Positions 35,552 to 45,440 of a DNA stretch of 64,000 bases are shown one piece after another. The notes under the pieces are model-generated. The model searched no databases and was not told where the DNA came from. It worked only from the letters and a program-made list of their open reading frames with translations. The stretch is from Gammaproteobacteria bacterium. Lineage in GTDB: Bacteria > Pseudomonadota > Gammaproteobacteria > Steroidobacterales > Woeseiaceae. Every line of letters starts with the position of its first letter. The stretch's first letter is position 1. The position numbers were made by a program, and so were the translations under genes. The DNA is taken from positions 877 through 64,876 of the forward strand of contig JAOTZC010000006.1 of NCBI GenBank assembly GCA_029861535.1, given 5' to 3'.

Positions 35552-36549
35552 ACGACAAGCAAGCGTTATTGTCTGTCGATAATCTTACTGTCACGTTCCG
35601 CACCGATCATGGCGTCGTTCCCGCGGTCTGCGAATTTTCGTACGCGCTCGATGCGGGTGAGACCCTGGCCATTGTCGGCGAGTCCGGCTCCGGAAAGAGC
35701 GTCGGTGCGCTAGCGCTTATGCGACTCATCCATGATCCGCCCGGTCGCATCAGTGAAGGCAGCATTCAATTTGATGGCCGCAGTTTACTTAGCTTGCCGG
35801 AAGGCGAGATGCAGAAGATTCGTGGCAATGAGATTGCGATGATCTTTCAGGAACCGATGACCAGCCTAAATCCGGTGCTCACTATTGCCGAGCAAATTGT
35901 CGAGGCTGTTCAACTGCACCAGAACCTGACGAAAAAGAGCGCCCGGGCTCGAGCGCTGGAAATGCTGCAACTGGTACAGATTTCAGAGCCCGAGCAGCGC
36001 TTGGACCAGTATCCGCATGAACTTTCTGGCGGAATGTGCCAACGCGTCATGATCGCAATGGCTATGGCGTGCACGCCGTCGATATTGATTGCGGACGAGC
36101 CGACTACTGCGCTCGATGTCACGATTCAGGCTCAGATACTGGACCTGATGCGAGATCTGAAGGCTCGCCTCGGTACCGCAATCCTGCTTATCACCCACGA
36201 CCTTGGCGTGGTTGCAGAGATGGCCGATCGGGTTCTCGTCATTTACGCCGGCAGGAAAGTCGAAGAAGCACCGGTTCGCGAGTTGCTGCGTTCGCCGCGG
36301 CATCCCTACACGCTTGGGCTACTTGGCGCCATGCCGCGCCTCGGCGACACAAGTACCGATAAACGACTCACGGAAATTCCTGGTTCGGTGCCATCACTGC
36401 TCGAACCCATCACCGGATGCGCGTTTGCACCACGCTGCACGATGGCCGTGGAGCGCTGTCATGTTGAGGCGCCGCCGCTGGAGCGTCATGGCGACGCCGA
36501 GCATGTTGCCGCTTGTTGGCGCAGCGACGAAGTCGGTACGGTTCGATGA
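35548..36549 (+). CDS. ABC transporter ATP-binding protein (DppD/OppD-like)
   Basis: Start chosen at ATG 35548 ([15 protein letters not shown]), an ATGA overlap with the permease stop. Walker A GESGSGKS, signature LSGGMCQR and the C-terminal oligopeptide-type extension are present. The track ORF from 35392 is an upstream extension. Confidence 0.95.
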   Translation: MNDKQALLSVDNLTVTFRTDHGVVPAVCEFSYALDAGETLAIVGESGSGKSVGALALMRLIHDPPGRISEGSIQFDGRSLLSLPEGEMQKIRGNEIAMIFQEPMTSLNPVLTIAEQIVEAVQLHQNLTKKSARARALEMLQLVQISEPEQRLDQYPHELSGGMCQRVMIAMAMACTPSILIADEPTTALDVTIQAQILDLMRDLKARLGTAILLITHDLGVVAEMADRVLVIYAGRKVEEAPVRELLRSPRHPYTLGLLGAMPRLGDTSTDKRLTEIPGSVPSLLEPITGCAFAPRCTMAVERCHVEAPPLERHGDAEHVAACWRSDEVGTVR

Positions 36550-37574
36550 CCGCGGTGCTGACAGTCGAGGACCTCGCCAAGCATTTCATTGTCGGTGGCG
36601 GTGTCGTGGATCGTGTCTTTGGCAAGAAAGCGCAGGTCGTTAGGGCGGTAGATGGTGTCAGCTTTGGCATCGCCGAAGGCGAGACCTTGGGTCTGGTCGG
36701 TGAGAGTGGTTGCGGAAAATCCACCGTTGGCCGGTCGATACTGCGGCTGCTCGATCCGACTCGAGGCAAAGTCGAGTTGGATGGTCAAGATATATCACGC
36801 ACCTCCAGGCGTGCCTTGCGGCCGTTACGCCAATACCTGCAGGTTGTGTTCCAGGATCCATTTTCGTCGCTTAACCCGCGGCGCACCGTTGGACAGTCGG
36901 TCGCAGAACCGATCGCAAATTATGGTCTTGCAAAGGACGCCGCATTACGTACTCAGCTGGAGGACCTGTTCAAGCGCGTCGGTTTGCGCGCCGATCAGAT
37001 CGATCGTTATCCGCATGAGTTTTCCGGTGGGCAGCGCCAGCGAATCGGAATCGCTCGAGCTTTGGGAACGCGACCGAAATTGATCGTGCTCGACGAACCG
37101 GTATCCGCACTCGATGTCTCGGTGCAAGCGCAGGTAATCAACCTGCTCGTCGATTTACAGCAGGAATTCGGCGTCGCCTACCTGTTCATTGCTCACGACC
37201 TCGCCGTGGTCGAACACATTTCAGCGCGCGTGGCGGTTATGTACCTGGGCAAGATTGTCGAGATCGCCGACAAGAAGAGTCTCTTCGAGAGTCCGCGTCA
37301 CCCGTATACAAAGGCATTGCTGTCGGCCGTTCCCAGCGCTGACCCCGATGCCGCAAGCCAGCGCATCGTCCTGCAGGGTGACATTCCGAGCCCGACCAAT
37401 CCGCCCTCCGGTTGCCGGTTTCGCTCGCGCTGCCCTATCGCGCAGGCCATTTGTGCCAGCGAGGAGCCGCCACTCACGACTCAGGCGACCGGCCACAAGA
37501 CGGCGTGTCATTTTGCACAGTCAGGGCCATTGGTGACTTCGCCACCCACGGCAGCGGATCAGATCGGGCGGTAA
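36546..37574 (+). CDS. ABC transporter ATP-binding protein (DppF/OppF-like)
   Basis: Start at ATG 36546 ([10 protein letters not shown]), an ATGA overlap. Walker A GESGCGKS and signature FSGGQRQR are present. Confidence 0.95.
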   Translation: MTAVLTVEDLAKHFIVGGGVVDRVFGKKAQVVRAVDGVSFGIAEGETLGLVGESGCGKSTVGRSILRLLDPTRGKVELDGQDISRTSRRALRPLRQYLQVVFQDPFSSLNPRRTVGQSVAEPIANYGLAKDAALRTQLEDLFKRVGLRADQIDRYPHEFSGGQRQRIGIARALGTRPKLIVLDEPVSALDVSVQAQVINLLVDLQQEFGVAYLFIAHDLAVVEHISARVAVMYLGKIVEIADKKSLFESPRHPYTKALLSAVPSADPDAASQRIVLQGDIPSPTNPPSGCRFRSRCPIAQAICASEEPPLTTQATGHKTACHFAQSGPLVTSPPTAADQIGR

Positions 37575-39151
37575 GGCCCTTTGTCGACGTTCCACAATAC
37601 CGTGCTACCGGGGACGGCCAATACGCCGGAAATGCGCGGGCTGTAGGCGACCGGGGCAAACCACTGGCCGATAGGAACATACGGCACCAATTTATACGCG
37701 CTTGCCTGGATGCGGTCGGCCAATTCGCGGCGTGAGCGGTCGTCCGGCGCGAACGGATAAGCGTCGATCATCGCCTGATGCTCAGCATCGCAGGGCCAGC
37801 CCGGCCAGGCCTGATCGCAATTCGCCTGCATCGGCACATTGCCGACGGGATCTGAGACGTTGCCACCGGGCCAATAGGTCAGACCGATGTGCCAGCCCCC
37901 AGCCTCGGGCGCAGAGCGGTTGACGCGGCGTGAGCCCATGGCACCGAAATCCATCGCCTGCAGGTCGACGTTGACACCGATCGATTTGAGATCCTCGGCT
38001 AAAACAAGGGTGGCGAGATTCATGAACTGAATGTCTGTGGGATGCAGTATCACGAGTGGCCGACCGTCGTAACCCGCCTCCTTCATCAGTTGTCGCGCTT
38101 TGTCGCGGTTCTTGCCGATGCCGTCCGGCAAACCGACTTCGCTTTCGAGCGGCGAACCGCAAACAAAAAACGCGGTGCAGGCTTGCGTTACTTCCGGATC
38201 GCCGAACATCGCCTGCAAGTAACGTTCCTGATCGATGAGATAAAGCAACGCTTGCCGTGCACGTTCGTCGTCGAACGGTGGATGAAGGTGGTTCATCCGC
38301 AGCATTCCCTGAAAACCGAGCGTGTCCGTACGCTGAATGACGACGCCGGCATCGCGTAGCAACGGCAGAAATTCCGGCGACGGATTTTCGACGAAATCGA
38401 TCTCACCGTTCGCGAGCGCCAGCACCGCCGACTGCGGGTCACGGATATTGATCCACTCGACGGTGTCGACGTACACGTTCTTGCCGCCGGCGGTGCCATT
38501 CGGCGTTTCGTCACGCGGCACATACGCCGCATTCCGTCGATACACGACCTTTGCCCCGGGCACCCAGGCATCATGATCGAAGACGAATGGGCCGGACCCG
38601 ATGCTCTCTTCGATCGGTGTTGTCGGGCCGGTCGCCGCGATTCGCGCCGGCATAATGGCCGCCACCGGTCCACCGGTTTTGGACAACGCATGCAGCAACA
38701 ATCCGTACGGCTGGTTGAGCTGCCAAACGAATCGCTGGTCGTCAACGGCGCTGAGCCTCTCGGTTACCGCGAAAATCTGGCGGCCGTAAGCGTCGCGCGC
38801 AGCCCAGCGGCGCAGCGACACCACCACGTCTTCCGCGGTCACCGACGCGCCGTCATGGAATTGCAAGCCTTTACGTAGCGAAAACTCCCATGTGAGCCGA
38901 TCTTCGCTCATTGACCATCGATCGACCATTTGCGGCTTCGGCGTACCAGCCGCATCGCGACCGAACAGAAAGTCGTAAGTCATCAGTGCGTGGCGTTGCA
39001 CGATACCAATCGTCGTTACGATTGGATCTAGCGATTGCAAATCTGCATGCAGAACAGCGCGCAACACATTCGTGTCGTCCGGCGGTGTGCAACCCGCGAC
39101 GATGACTCCCGTTAACGACGCAGCTCCCGCCAGGAATTCTCGTCTTTTCAT
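37559..39151 (-). CDS. ABC transporter substrate-binding protein, family 5 (peptide/nickel type)
   Basis: Start chosen at ATG 39151 ([21 protein letters not shown], a Tat/lipoprotein-like signal), an ATGA overlap with the upstream methyltransferase stop. The body is typical of SBP family 5. The 3' end overlaps the convergent ATPase gene by 16 nt. Confidence 0.9.
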   Translation of the reverse strand: MKRREFLAGAASLTGVIVAGCTPPDDTNVLRAVLHADLQSLDPIVTTIGIVQRHALMTYDFLFGRDAAGTPKPQMVDRWSMSEDRLTWEFSLRKGLQFHDGASVTAEDVVVSLRRWAARDAYGRQIFAVTERLSAVDDQRFVWQLNQPYGLLLHALSKTGGPVAAIMPARIAATGPTTPIEESIGSGPFVFDHDAWVPGAKVVYRRNAAYVPRDETPNGTAGGKNVYVDTVEWINIRDPQSAVLALANGEIDFVENPSPEFLPLLRDAGVVIQRTDTLGFQGMLRMNHLHPPFDDERARQALLYLIDQERYLQAMFGDPEVTQACTAFFVCGSPLESEVGLPDGIGKNRDKARQLMKEAGYDGRPLVILHPTDIQFMNLATLVLAEDLKSIGVNVDLQAMDFGAMGSRRVNRSAPEAGGWHIGLTYWPGGNVSDPVGNVPMQANCDQAWPGWPCDAEHQAMIDAYPFAPDDRSRRELADRIQASAYKLVPYVPIGQWFAPVAYSPRISGVLAVPGSTVLWNVDKGPYRPI

Positions 39152-40152
39152 GCCGACACTCGGCTTTTCTCCGGCGACTTGTCGCCATACAACCAATAGC
39201 CGATACAGTGTCGCTGCGTACCGGCTGTTGCGTGTTCGAGAGTGACGTTTTCCGCGTTTAGTTTTTTCAATTGATCGGCCATTGCATTCGCTGCTGTGTC
39301 ATCCAGCGCCGCGTGCTGCATTGCTTGAAGGCGTTTCGACTGCGCAACAAGCAAGTCGCGAATATCGTCCGTCATTGCGAGCAGCGTCTCGAGGTTTTGT
39401 GACTTTCTCATTCCTGGGACACTCCGGACCGCGGCGAATAAGTTGTCGACGAGGCTGCGATTCTCGCTATTGGCAAACTGTCGTTCGAGATCGTCGAAGA
39501 CGACCTTCAGTGCCACGATGGCTTGTTCAGCAGCCGCATGCGTCTCCGCTGTATTCTGCGACTCCGCCGTGACAAATTTCTCGAGCAAATCGGCAAGGGC
39601 TGGAAACAGATTGCTTTCGAGTATGCTTTCGGCCTGCTGCCACTGCAGCCGGCAGCGATCTTTAAGCACGCCATCGTCCGCGTGTAGCAAGAAACGAAAA
39701 CGTCCGCCGGGCTTAAGAACCCGCAGTGCTTCCGGCAGACTTAGTTCTGTTTGCGAATACTCGATCGCGTACTGGCTGGCAACGGCATCAAAGTGATCAT
39801 CAGCGAATGGCAACTTCTCGATCGGCGTTTGCGGATGAAAAGTAATCTCCTCCAGCAGGTTTGCGGCGGACGTAACGAATCGCGACGGTTGTATATCCGC
39901 GAGATCGACACCATGAATTGAAAACCGCTTTCGTTTTGTTCGTGAGACCGAGACCGCCTGGGTCGCCAAGCTGCCGTTGCCGGTACCGAGGTCCAGGATG
40001 CGCGCACCCGCCGGTAGAGCATCGAAAAACTCCCGCCAGCATGAAAATAGCTGATCCGATGCTTCGGGTTCGTTGACGGGCATGCAGGACTGCAGCTGAT
40101 CCGATTGCCAGAACACGCTCCATTCCCAGAGTGCGTCATCCCGTTTCTGCAT
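39148..40152 (-). CDS. class I SAM-dependent methyltransferase with long helical C-terminal domain
   Basis: 334 aa. SAM motif I is ARILDLGTGNGSLA, with post-I/II acidic residues (IHGVDLA, FDAVASQYAIEY). The C-terminal ~140 aa are helical and Ala/Leu/Gln-rich. Confidence 0.8.
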   Translation of the reverse strand: MQKRDDALWEWSVFWQSDQLQSCMPVNEPEASDQLFSCWREFFDALPAGARILDLGTGNGSLATQAVSVSRTKRKRFSIHGVDLADIQPSRFVTSAANLLEEITFHPQTPIEKLPFADDHFDAVASQYAIEYSQTELSLPEALRVLKPGGRFRFLLHADDGVLKDRCRLQWQQAESILESNLFPALADLLEKFVTAESQNTAETHAAAEQAIVALKVVFDDLERQFANSENRSLVDNLFAAVRSVPGMRKSQNLETLLAMTDDIRDLLVAQSKRLQAMQHAALDDTAANAMADQLKKLNAENVTLEHATAGTQRHCIGYWLYGDKSPEKSRVSA

Positions 40153-40236
40153 TGCAGACTCTAGTTGTCGAACGGGGCAAGACTACGCGGGGCAAGCGAG
40201 CGGAAGACCATAATGGCCTGCCGCCGCACAGTGACA

Positions 40237-43125
40237 TCAGAATGTGTACGAACCACCGATGAAGAATTCTGTTCCCGTCGGAGTAAATGTGTCCGGACTG
40301 GTGTTAGCGCGAACCTGCCGCGATCCCAGCAACGGCGGGTCCTCATCAAAGACGTTGATGATTCCACCCCAGATCTCGAAATTTTCGTTGACGTTATAGT
40401 TGGCTGAAAGGTCAACATAGTTCGCACCGTCGAGTTCCGGAACAGCCTTGGTGCTGGGGTCGTCTCCGAATCGCACTTCATCAAGCGTGGTGTCGTCCAG
40501 CCACCGATGCCGCAGGCCCAGGGTCAGATCGCCCGTGGTCCAATTGATCGCCGTATTCGTTCTTGTTTCCGATTTGGGTTCGCCGCATGTTCGACCGAAG
40601 GCACCAGAACAATCGTTGACGGTGTCTAGATCAGCGATCGGAATCAGATCGTAATCATTGAGAAACGTTGCGTTGAACAGAATGCTGAGCTCGCTACCAC
40701 CGGCAATATCGAGGTCCATGCTGTAGCCGACCTGCAAATCGATACCCGACGTTTCCAGTCCGCCGACATTCACATTCGTCGCCAAAACCGGATTCGGTAC
40801 ATCGATGGCCCCGGACGTAGTGTTACGGCCAACGGCCTGACAGGCCGTACTATTGATGTCCTGAACTTGCTCATAGCAAACGCTCAGTATGTTATCCACC
40901 GAGCCGCCGAATACGCCGATGGCGTCCTCGACGTCAATATCGAAGTAATCGATCGATACGCGCAAGTTCGGAATCGCCTCCGGCGTGATAATCGCGCTCA
41001 GTGTAAACGTGTCGGATTCCTCCTCGCCCAAATTCGGGTTACCGCCGAACAATCCCGGAATTTCATTGTTGGGCTGAATGGTTGGATCACCCACAAGTGC
41101 TGTCGGGACGCCGGTTGCCTCACAAAGGGCACGAATGGTCGCATCCGTCGCGGCAGACGGGTCGGCGCAGGGATCCGATGCGCTAACCGGGAACAAGCGC
41201 TGCCCACCGAACGCTTCGCCGACACTCGGAGCACGAATTGCACGCTGGAATTGTGCACCAAAGGCCAAACTCTGGTTAACCTTCCAGTCCAATCCAAGCA
41301 GGAACGTATTTACGCCGCCGGTTTGATCGAGGTCGTAATCCGAGTACCGATACGCGGCCGTTCCGTCTAAGGCCTCAATACCTGATACGTCAGTCAACAG
41401 CGGCACGCGAAACTCCGCGAACAACTCCCAGACATCGATTTCACCAGACGCCGGGTCGATGGCGTTGAAGCCAGCCACGTCTCCAGTTAGCAAAGCCTCA
41501 TCCGGAGTGAAGTCAACAGAGCTGGAACGCCACTCGGTCCCGACTAAGGCGGCAAACTGACCTGCCGGCATTTCGAAAACATCGCCACTTATTGTCCCAC
41601 CAAATACGTCAAGCTCTGTCGCCTCGACATTGGTAGCCGCGATATCAATAAAGTCGACACCCGCCGCAGAAATATTCGGACCGAACGGATTCACGATTGG
41701 GTCTGCGCCGCCGCTGGATAATATGCCTGAGGCAAATGCCGCTCTCGACACATTACCTTGTTGGATCTGCGTGTTGTCCGACCGCGCGTACGAATAATAC
41801 GCGTTGTAGTCATAGTTGTTAAAACTGCCTTCAAGGCCCACCAATGCTCTAAAGGCGTTGCGGGTATCTTGATTGCGACGTGCCCCCGTTTCGACTAGGC
41901 GGCGGCGGACGCCGAGACCAACCAGTCCGTCATTGGCAGCCGCACCAGCTTCGCTGCCATCAATGAGCTGCAACACATCGCTAAGTTCTGTACTGATGTA
42001 CGGGTTGGCCACTTCGATTGGCAACACCTCATTGATGAATGCGGGTGCGAAACCTGTGGTTGTTCGGTTATGCGAGTACGCTCCCTCGAAGAAGACTGTC
42101 GCAGTGTCGCTGACTTCGATGTCTGCGAGCATCGTCAACGTATAACGTTCCTGTGGAATGCGCAGGAAGTTGTCGAGAGTGTAGTTATAAAGATCGTCAG
42201 GACGAACAAATGGTCGTTGGGTCATGCCACTGCTGTCCGGAATAAATCCATTGCCGTCGATGCCCGTGAGTCCGGCCGCGGCGTACGCGGCGTCCAGCCC
42301 AGGGATAGCCGCAATGTCTGCAGGGTCAGTCGGAAGACCGGTGAAGCGTCCGTTCGGCACAAAGCTGCTACCGCCGGGACCTAGGACCCGATTGCCACTC
42401 GTGTCGGTCACATCGGTCAGCACGCTTTCTGAGAAACTGCGATCGGTCGTCATGATCGGATCGCGGTCGAGATAATTGAATGCGACTACCGCGTTGCCCC
42501 TGTCGCCGGCAAAATTGCCGCCGAGCGTCAAGGAAACATCGAAAACGTCGCCGTCGCCTTCACTCGTCTGATTGAGCTGCGAGCGTATCTCAACGCCTTC
42601 AAAGTCATCGCGCAGAATGAAGTTGACGACGCCGCCCACAGCATCGGATCCATAAACCGCGGATGCACCGCCCGTGACAACTTCCACGCGCTCAATGAGC
42701 GAGGCTGGAATGTTGTTGATATCGGTTCTCTGACTGGAATCAAAGAACATGTAGCGTCGACCATTGACCAATACAAGGGTGCGCTGCCCCCCGAGGCCCC
42801 GAAGGTCTAGAGTGGCTGCGCCGGTCGCATTCGGATCCGCCGTGGAGTTTGTGGACGCGGTTCGCGAAGGCACGAACTGCGGCATGTTGTTCAGCACTTC
42901 CTCGACATTCTGATAACCGGAGAGTTTTATGTCGTCCGCACTTACCGTATCGATCGGTATTGACGGAGCCTGTCGACCTGTTCGAATGCGAGATCCCGTT
43001 ATAACAATCTCTTCTAGTGTGCCCTCGTCATTGCTGTCCTGTGCATAGCCTTGCGGCGAGCACGCCAGCGCAACCGCGATAGCGACTGCGGAGGTGCCTT
43101 GCTTATTCTTTAACATAGGAATCAT
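40237..43125 (-). CDS. TonB-dependent receptor
   Basis: The ORF track runs to GTG 43179. I prefer ATG 43125 (MIPMLKNKQGTSAVAIAVALACSPQGYAQ signal). The plug starts LEEIVITGSRIR and the barrel ends ...EFFIGGSYTF. Confidence 0.95.
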   Translation of the reverse strand: MIPMLKNKQGTSAVAIAVALACSPQGYAQDSNDEGTLEEIVITGSRIRTGRQAPSIPIDTVSADDIKLSGYQNVEEVLNNMPQFVPSRTASTNSTADPNATGAATLDLRGLGGQRTLVLVNGRRYMFFDSSQRTDINNIPASLIERVEVVTGGASAVYGSDAVGGVVNFILRDDFEGVEIRSQLNQTSEGDGDVFDVSLTLGGNFAGDRGNAVVAFNYLDRDPIMTTDRSFSESVLTDVTDTSGNRVLGPGGSSFVPNGRFTGLPTDPADIAAIPGLDAAYAAAGLTGIDGNGFIPDSSGMTQRPFVRPDDLYNYTLDNFLRIPQERYTLTMLADIEVSDTATVFFEGAYSHNRTTTGFAPAFINEVLPIEVANPYISTELSDVLQLIDGSEAGAAANDGLVGLGVRRRLVETGARRNQDTRNAFRALVGLEGSFNNYDYNAYYSYARSDNTQIQQGNVSRAAFASGILSSGGADPIVNPFGPNISAAGVDFIDIAATNVEATELDVFGGTISGDVFEMPAGQFAALVGTEWRSSSVDFTPDEALLTGDVAGFNAIDPASGEIDVWELFAEFRVPLLTDVSGIEALDGTAAYRYSDYDLDQTGGVNTFLLGLDWKVNQSLAFGAQFQRAIRAPSVGEAFGGQRLFPVSASDPCADPSAATDATIRALCEATGVPTALVGDPTIQPNNEIPGLFGGNPNLGEEESDTFTLSAIITPEAIPNLRVSIDYFDIDVEDAIGVFGGSVDNILSVCYEQVQDINSTACQAVGRNTTSGAIDVPNPVLATNVNVGGLETSGIDLQVGYSMDLDIAGGSELSILFNATFLNDYDLIPIADLDTVNDCSGAFGRTCGEPKSETRTNTAINWTTGDLTLGLRHRWLDDTTLDEVRFGDDPSTKAVPELDGANYVDLSANYNVNENFEIWGGIINVFDEDPPLLGSRQVRANTSPDTFTPTGTEFFIGGSYTF

Positions 43126-43315
43126 GCTAACTGCCCCGCTCTTCGAATTATTAATTCCAGTTGAAACTTTCGGCCCCACAATCCGGATGGGAATAATGGA
43201 AACTACCCAATTAAAGTCACATTAACCAGAGAATAGTTCAATCTGATCGAGTTAATGCGCTTTACCGAGTGACACGATATCCCGGCACCCTAATTCAATC
43301 GTGATTTAGTCAATG

Positions 43316-43921
43316 TCAGGCATGCGACCAGTTGTCAGCATCCGTCGAATCTCCGGGCGACAAACCAATAATGTCCCCCTTCTTGTCGATGCCAAGCCCT
43401 AGCACGGTCCTATTGGCATAGCAGAAATAAGCGGTCACCTGATTGATTTCGAGAATCTTACCGTCGTCAAGGCCTGCCTGTCGCAACGTCTCGATATCGA
43501 ACGCAGTCACCTGATCTGCGGTCAGCGTCAGCTTGCTTGCGTAATTGAGGCCGGCCAATTCGGCTCCGTCAAAAGCATCTTCCGGGCGCTGCTTTTCCAA
43601 GGCTTGTCGCATGGCATCAGCACGCGCCGCGTCATCAAGTAGACGCGCCATACCAGCGAAGTGGTGTTCAACACAATAGTCGCAGTTGTTCAGTGAACTC
43701 ACGTACACACCGATCGCCTCGAGATACGCTTTCGGTAGAGTATTGCGCGGATGATGTAAGACATATTTGTACAGGGTCATGTGACCTTGCATCGAATGCG
43801 GGCGCAAACTGTGCGCGAGCATTATGTTGTCGACGTTGTTGTTTGGGCCCTTTATGCGATCGTACAGTTGCCTGAGCTCGCCCGCGGAGTCGTCATACGT
43901 AATAGTGTGGATCCAGGTCAT
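43316..43921 (-). CDS. carboxymuconolactone decarboxylase (AhpD-like) family peroxidase-related protein
   Basis: 201 aa with the motif NNCDYCVEHH and an overall CMD-fold pattern. Confidence 0.8.
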   Translation of the reverse strand: MTWIHTITYDDSAGELRQLYDRIKGPNNNVDNIMLAHSLRPHSMQGHMTLYKYVLHHPRNTLPKAYLEAIGVYVSSLNNCDYCVEHHFAGMARLLDDAARADAMRQALEKQRPEDAFDGAELAGLNYASKLTLTADQVTAFDIETLRQAGLDDGKILEINQVTAYFCYANRTVLGLGIDKKGDIIGLSPGDSTDADNWSHA

Positions 43922-43990
43922 TGATACATTGCCGTCGTTTTTACTATGGGGAAAGTCTACCGAATTGCTGGCCTTCAGACCCGGCCGGTT

Positions 43991-44338
43991 TCAGCGCATC
44001 ATTCGTCGATAAAGATACTGTAATCCCAAGAGCAACATGCCGATCAGGCCTGCAACACTGTTAAGCGGTGCAAAGATCAGCGCCAGCCACTCGTTCTCAA
44101 CCTCGATCAGCGATGTACTCAAAACCTGAGTAATAATACCGACGGAATTCTGCAGCGGAGCAGACAATAGCAACTCGAGGGCAACAAAAAGTGCAACGAT
44201 AGCAAGCCGTCCAATCAACACATTTCGGCGACGTTTTTCAACTTGCGCCATCACCTGCGCCGTGAAATCGTCCTCCACCAATTCGCGCTCCACCTGCGCA
44301 AACAATGTTTCCAGCAGGGGATCCCGTTCGTCATTCAT
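43991..44338 (-). CDS. small membrane protein, putative anti-sigma factor
   Basis: 115 aa. ATGA overlap with the ECF sigma gene stop. It has an acidic N-terminal cytoplasmic segment followed by 2 TM helices. Confidence 0.55.
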   Translation of the reverse strand: MNDERDPLLETLFAQVERELVEDDFTAQVMAQVEKRRRNVLIGRLAIVALFVALELLLSAPLQNSVGIITQVLSTSLIEVENEWLALIFAPLNSVAGLIGMLLLGLQYLYRRMMR

Positions 44339-44904
44339 ACCACGTCCTCCGCATTGGCAGATTCGTTATAAGCGGACAGCAACTCGCGCAGGCGCTCGCT
44401 ACCGCGTCGAATATGTGATTTGACTGTGCCCAGTTGAAGATCGGTTAACTGCGCAATCTCGGCGTGGGACATGCGCGCGTAATAGGACAGAACGATGCAA
44501 AGACTCACGGGCCTAGGCAGAACCGCCATTGCTTGGTCCAGGTCGATGGCAACGGACGTTGCGTCGTGCCGCGACATTTTGATGTCCTCCTCGCCCTCAG
44601 CACCTCGCAAGGCATCGTTTTTCCGTCGGTGCTGTAGCCATTCGTTGATGGCAAGTTGCTTTAACCAACTACCGAACTTGTCCGCCTCTCTGAGTTGCCG
44701 AATCTTGCGCCACGCTTGCAGGAATACCTGCTGTGACAAATCGTCTGCCAGGCTTGCGTCGCCGGAACATCGATGCATCAGGTTGCGAATCCAGGATTGA
44801 CGTCGCCGTACCAGTTCCGCAAATGCATCGCGATCGCCTTTCAATGCAAGGCTCACCACAAGCGCTTCCGGACCTTCGGCGTAATGACCGGGTGCTACCG
44901 GCAT
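44335..44904 (-). CDS. RNA polymerase ECF-type sigma-70 factor
   Basis: 189-190 aa (ATG 44904 or TTG 44907). Region 2 reads FAELVRRRQSWIRNLMHRC...DLSQQVFLQAW and the region 4 HTH reads MSHAEIAQLTDLQLGTVKSHIRRG. Confidence 0.9.
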   Translation of the reverse strand: MPVAPGHYAEGPEALVVSLALKGDRDAFAELVRRRQSWIRNLMHRCSGDASLADDLSQQVFLQAWRKIRQLREADKFGSWLKQLAINEWLQHRRKNDALRGAEGEEDIKMSRHDATSVAIDLDQAMAVLPRPVSLCIVLSYYARMSHAEIAQLTDLQLGTVKSHIRRGSERLRELLSAYNESANAEDVV

Positions 44905-44907
44905 CAA

Positions 44908-45306
44908 TCAGCCTTGGTCTTCGCGGTACCAACGTTCGGAAACCTTGCCAGCCACTAACAACCCGGCCCCGACAAAGCCTACCAGCAGGGCAACGCCCAG
45001 CATCACCCCCAGGAGCTCCTCCCGCAACGCGGACAGGAACCACCCCAAAAGCGCAAGGCCTGGTGCAACGAAGATGACAATCAGGCCGGCTACCTTTAAT
45101 TCCCGATCAATGCGGTCCCGCCCTGCGCCGGCAGCCAATAACTTGTCGACCATTGCCGGATCAATGTCCTGGCCACTTTCTACGACTCGGCGCAGGGTTT
45201 CTTGCTGAGATTCGCGTTTTCGCGAATCAAACCAAATTCCTGCAACCACGACGGCCGCAAGAAACAGCCAAAATCCCAAGGCGGCGAGGCCCGCTGCTTC
45301 ACCCAT
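44908..45306 (-). CDS. small 4-TM membrane protein encoded directly upstream of the ECF sigma gene
   Basis: 132 aa. Its stop TGA (44910-44908) directly abuts the sigma start. It has hydrophobic helices at both ends. Confidence 0.6.
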   Translation of the reverse strand: MGEAAGLAALGFWLFLAAVVVAGIWFDSRKRESQQETLRRVVESGQDIDPAMVDKLLAAGAGRDRIDRELKVAGLIVIFVAPGLALLGWFLSALREELLGVMLGVALLVGFVGAGLLVAGKVSERWYREDQG

Positions 45307-45440
45307 TTTTCTGCTCCAATTTTCGACGTTGATACTACTAGAGATGCGAAGAGGCCGTGTTCAGATGCACTGGATAACAAAATTGCGAAAATGAAAAGGC
45401 GCTGCGCAGCGTAGATTACGCGTCTCGATAGGTCGTTGGC

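Noticed and set aside
43371-43381. ATAATGTCCCC resembling the right terminus of the palindrome family.
   Set aside because: It lies inside a well-supported coding region, has no left-arm partner and has two mismatches. Probably coincidental.
45395-45420. Terminator after the 793-aa DUF748-like gene (CGCTGCGCAGCG palindrome followed by a T-rich run on the minus strand).
   Set aside because: Once a minimal loop is allowed, the stem is only 4-5 bp. This is too weak to annotate with confidence.
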